Assembly: GCA_937146765.1 (NCBI GenBank)
Contig: CAKZRP010000068.1
Coordinates: 4,530-68,529, forward strand
Origin: an uncultured Rhodobacteraceae bacterium
GTDB taxonomy: Bacteria > Pseudomonadota > Alphaproteobacteria > Rhodobacterales > Rhodobacteraceae
DNA length: 64,000 nucleotides
Direction: 5' to 3'
Each line of letters begins with the position of its first letter. The first letter of the stretch is position 1. Below, in pieces: positions 63,452 to 64,000 of this stretch. The position numbers and the translations under genes are program-made. Below the pieces are notes generated by a model. That model worked only from the letters and a program-made list of their open reading frames with translations. It was not told where the DNA came from and did no database searches.

Positions 63452-63976
63452 ATGGAAAAACCAGAGAACATTCCGTCCGCCCCCCGGATGGCCCGCAGCC
63501 TCGATGCGCTGGACCGAAGAATATTAGGTGCGCTTTGCCGCGATGCCTCGCAATCCTACGCCGCGATCAGCGAACAGGTCGGCCTGTCGGCACCTGCGGT
63601 GCATGAGCGGGTCAAGCGGCTGAAGGCCTCCGGTGCGATCAAGGCGACGGTAGCACAGATTGACGGCGCGCAGGTGGGCAAACCGATCCTTGCCTTTGTG
63701 CATGTGGACACCATCGGCTGGGGCAAAACCCACGAGATCATGGCGCTGGAGCAATTCCCCGAGGTGGAGGAGATCCATTCCACCACCGGCGACACCTGCC
63801 TGATCATGAAGGTGCGTGTCGCCAGCCCCCATGCGCTGGAAGGGCTGTTGTCGAAGATCTACGATATCGAAGGGGTGCGCGGCACCAGCACCTATTTGAC
63901 TCTGTCGACGGTGCTCGAACGCTCCGCCCAGGCGGAGGTGACGACGGAGCTGGAGAAGGTAAGCTACCCGCGCTGA
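63452..63976 (+). CDS. Lrp/AsnC-family transcriptional regulator
   Basis: LDALDRRILGALCRDASQSYAAISEQVGLSAPAVHERVKRL HTH and a C-terminal RAM/ACT-like domain. The start may instead be the Met at 63488. Confidence 0.9.
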   Translation: MEKPENIPSAPRMARSLDALDRRILGALCRDASQSYAAISEQVGLSAPAVHERVKRLKASGAIKATVAQIDGAQVGKPILAFVHVDTIGWGKTHEIMALEQFPEVEEIHSTTGDTCLIMKVRVASPHALEGLLSKIYDIEGVRGTSTYLTLSTVLERSAQAEVTTELEKVSYPR

Positions 63977-64000
63977 AGCGCGCTCAGCGCGGGCTGCGGA

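Noticed and set aside
1-64000. Search for tRNA, rRNA, CRISPR arrays, transposases, integrases and phage structural genes
   Set aside because: I saw no T-loop-type GGTTCGAATCC-like sequence in an intergenic context, no regularly spaced direct repeats, and no protein with transposase, recombinase or capsid features. None is reported.

Overview
This is a GC-rich, gene-dense chromosomal segment. Gene content and synteny look like an alphaproteobacterium of the Rhodobacteraceae (roseobacter group); that placement is inference. Most of the window is housekeeping: the 3' end of a rodZ-like gene, ispG, an M48-peptidase/DsbA pair, an aminotransferase, an AmiC-type amidase, PBP1A, prfB, ilvIH, glnE, dksA, xthA, erpA/iscA, dgt, argS, nagZ and scpAB. 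The transport and regulation modules are a Cache-sensor kinase with a NarL-type regulator placed divergently from a three-gene TRAP transporter, a DMT exporter, an MFS transporter and an Lrp regulator. I found no rRNA, tRNA, CRISPR array, transposase or integrase. Four regions stand out. (1) 51.6-54.3 kb is an AT-rich, atypical-codon island. It encodes a 76-aa peptide with three (G/A)EH...SSTC(L/I) units, an inter-genic hairpin, a 367-aa protein I cannot assign to any family, and a translationally coupled DMT exporter. I read it as a candidate multi-core peptide natural-product or metallophore locus and the best candidate for an undescribed system. (2) 13.0-14.4 kb is a lower-GC island with an XRE-family regulator and a divergent small ORF. 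Its AT-rich intergenic region carries the 10-bp palindrome AATTGCAATT, which recurs upstream of the peptide locus. (3) 28.4-34.9 kb is a six-gene operon (UDP-xylose synthase, 4-epimerase, processive GT2 synthase, two glycanases, small secreted protein). It matches the arabinose-containing-polysaccharide (aps) operon of Sinorhizobium as I recall it, but no AraC-type regulator is adjacent. It is preceded by about 1.1 kb of apparently non-coding DNA and followed by a (GGGGCY)n microsatellite. (4) A 15-codon Leu/Val/Ile-rich leader ORF and an intrinsic terminator lie upstream of ilvI. Many long ORFs in the six-frame track are antisense shadow ORFs typical of high-GC DNA and were rejected.
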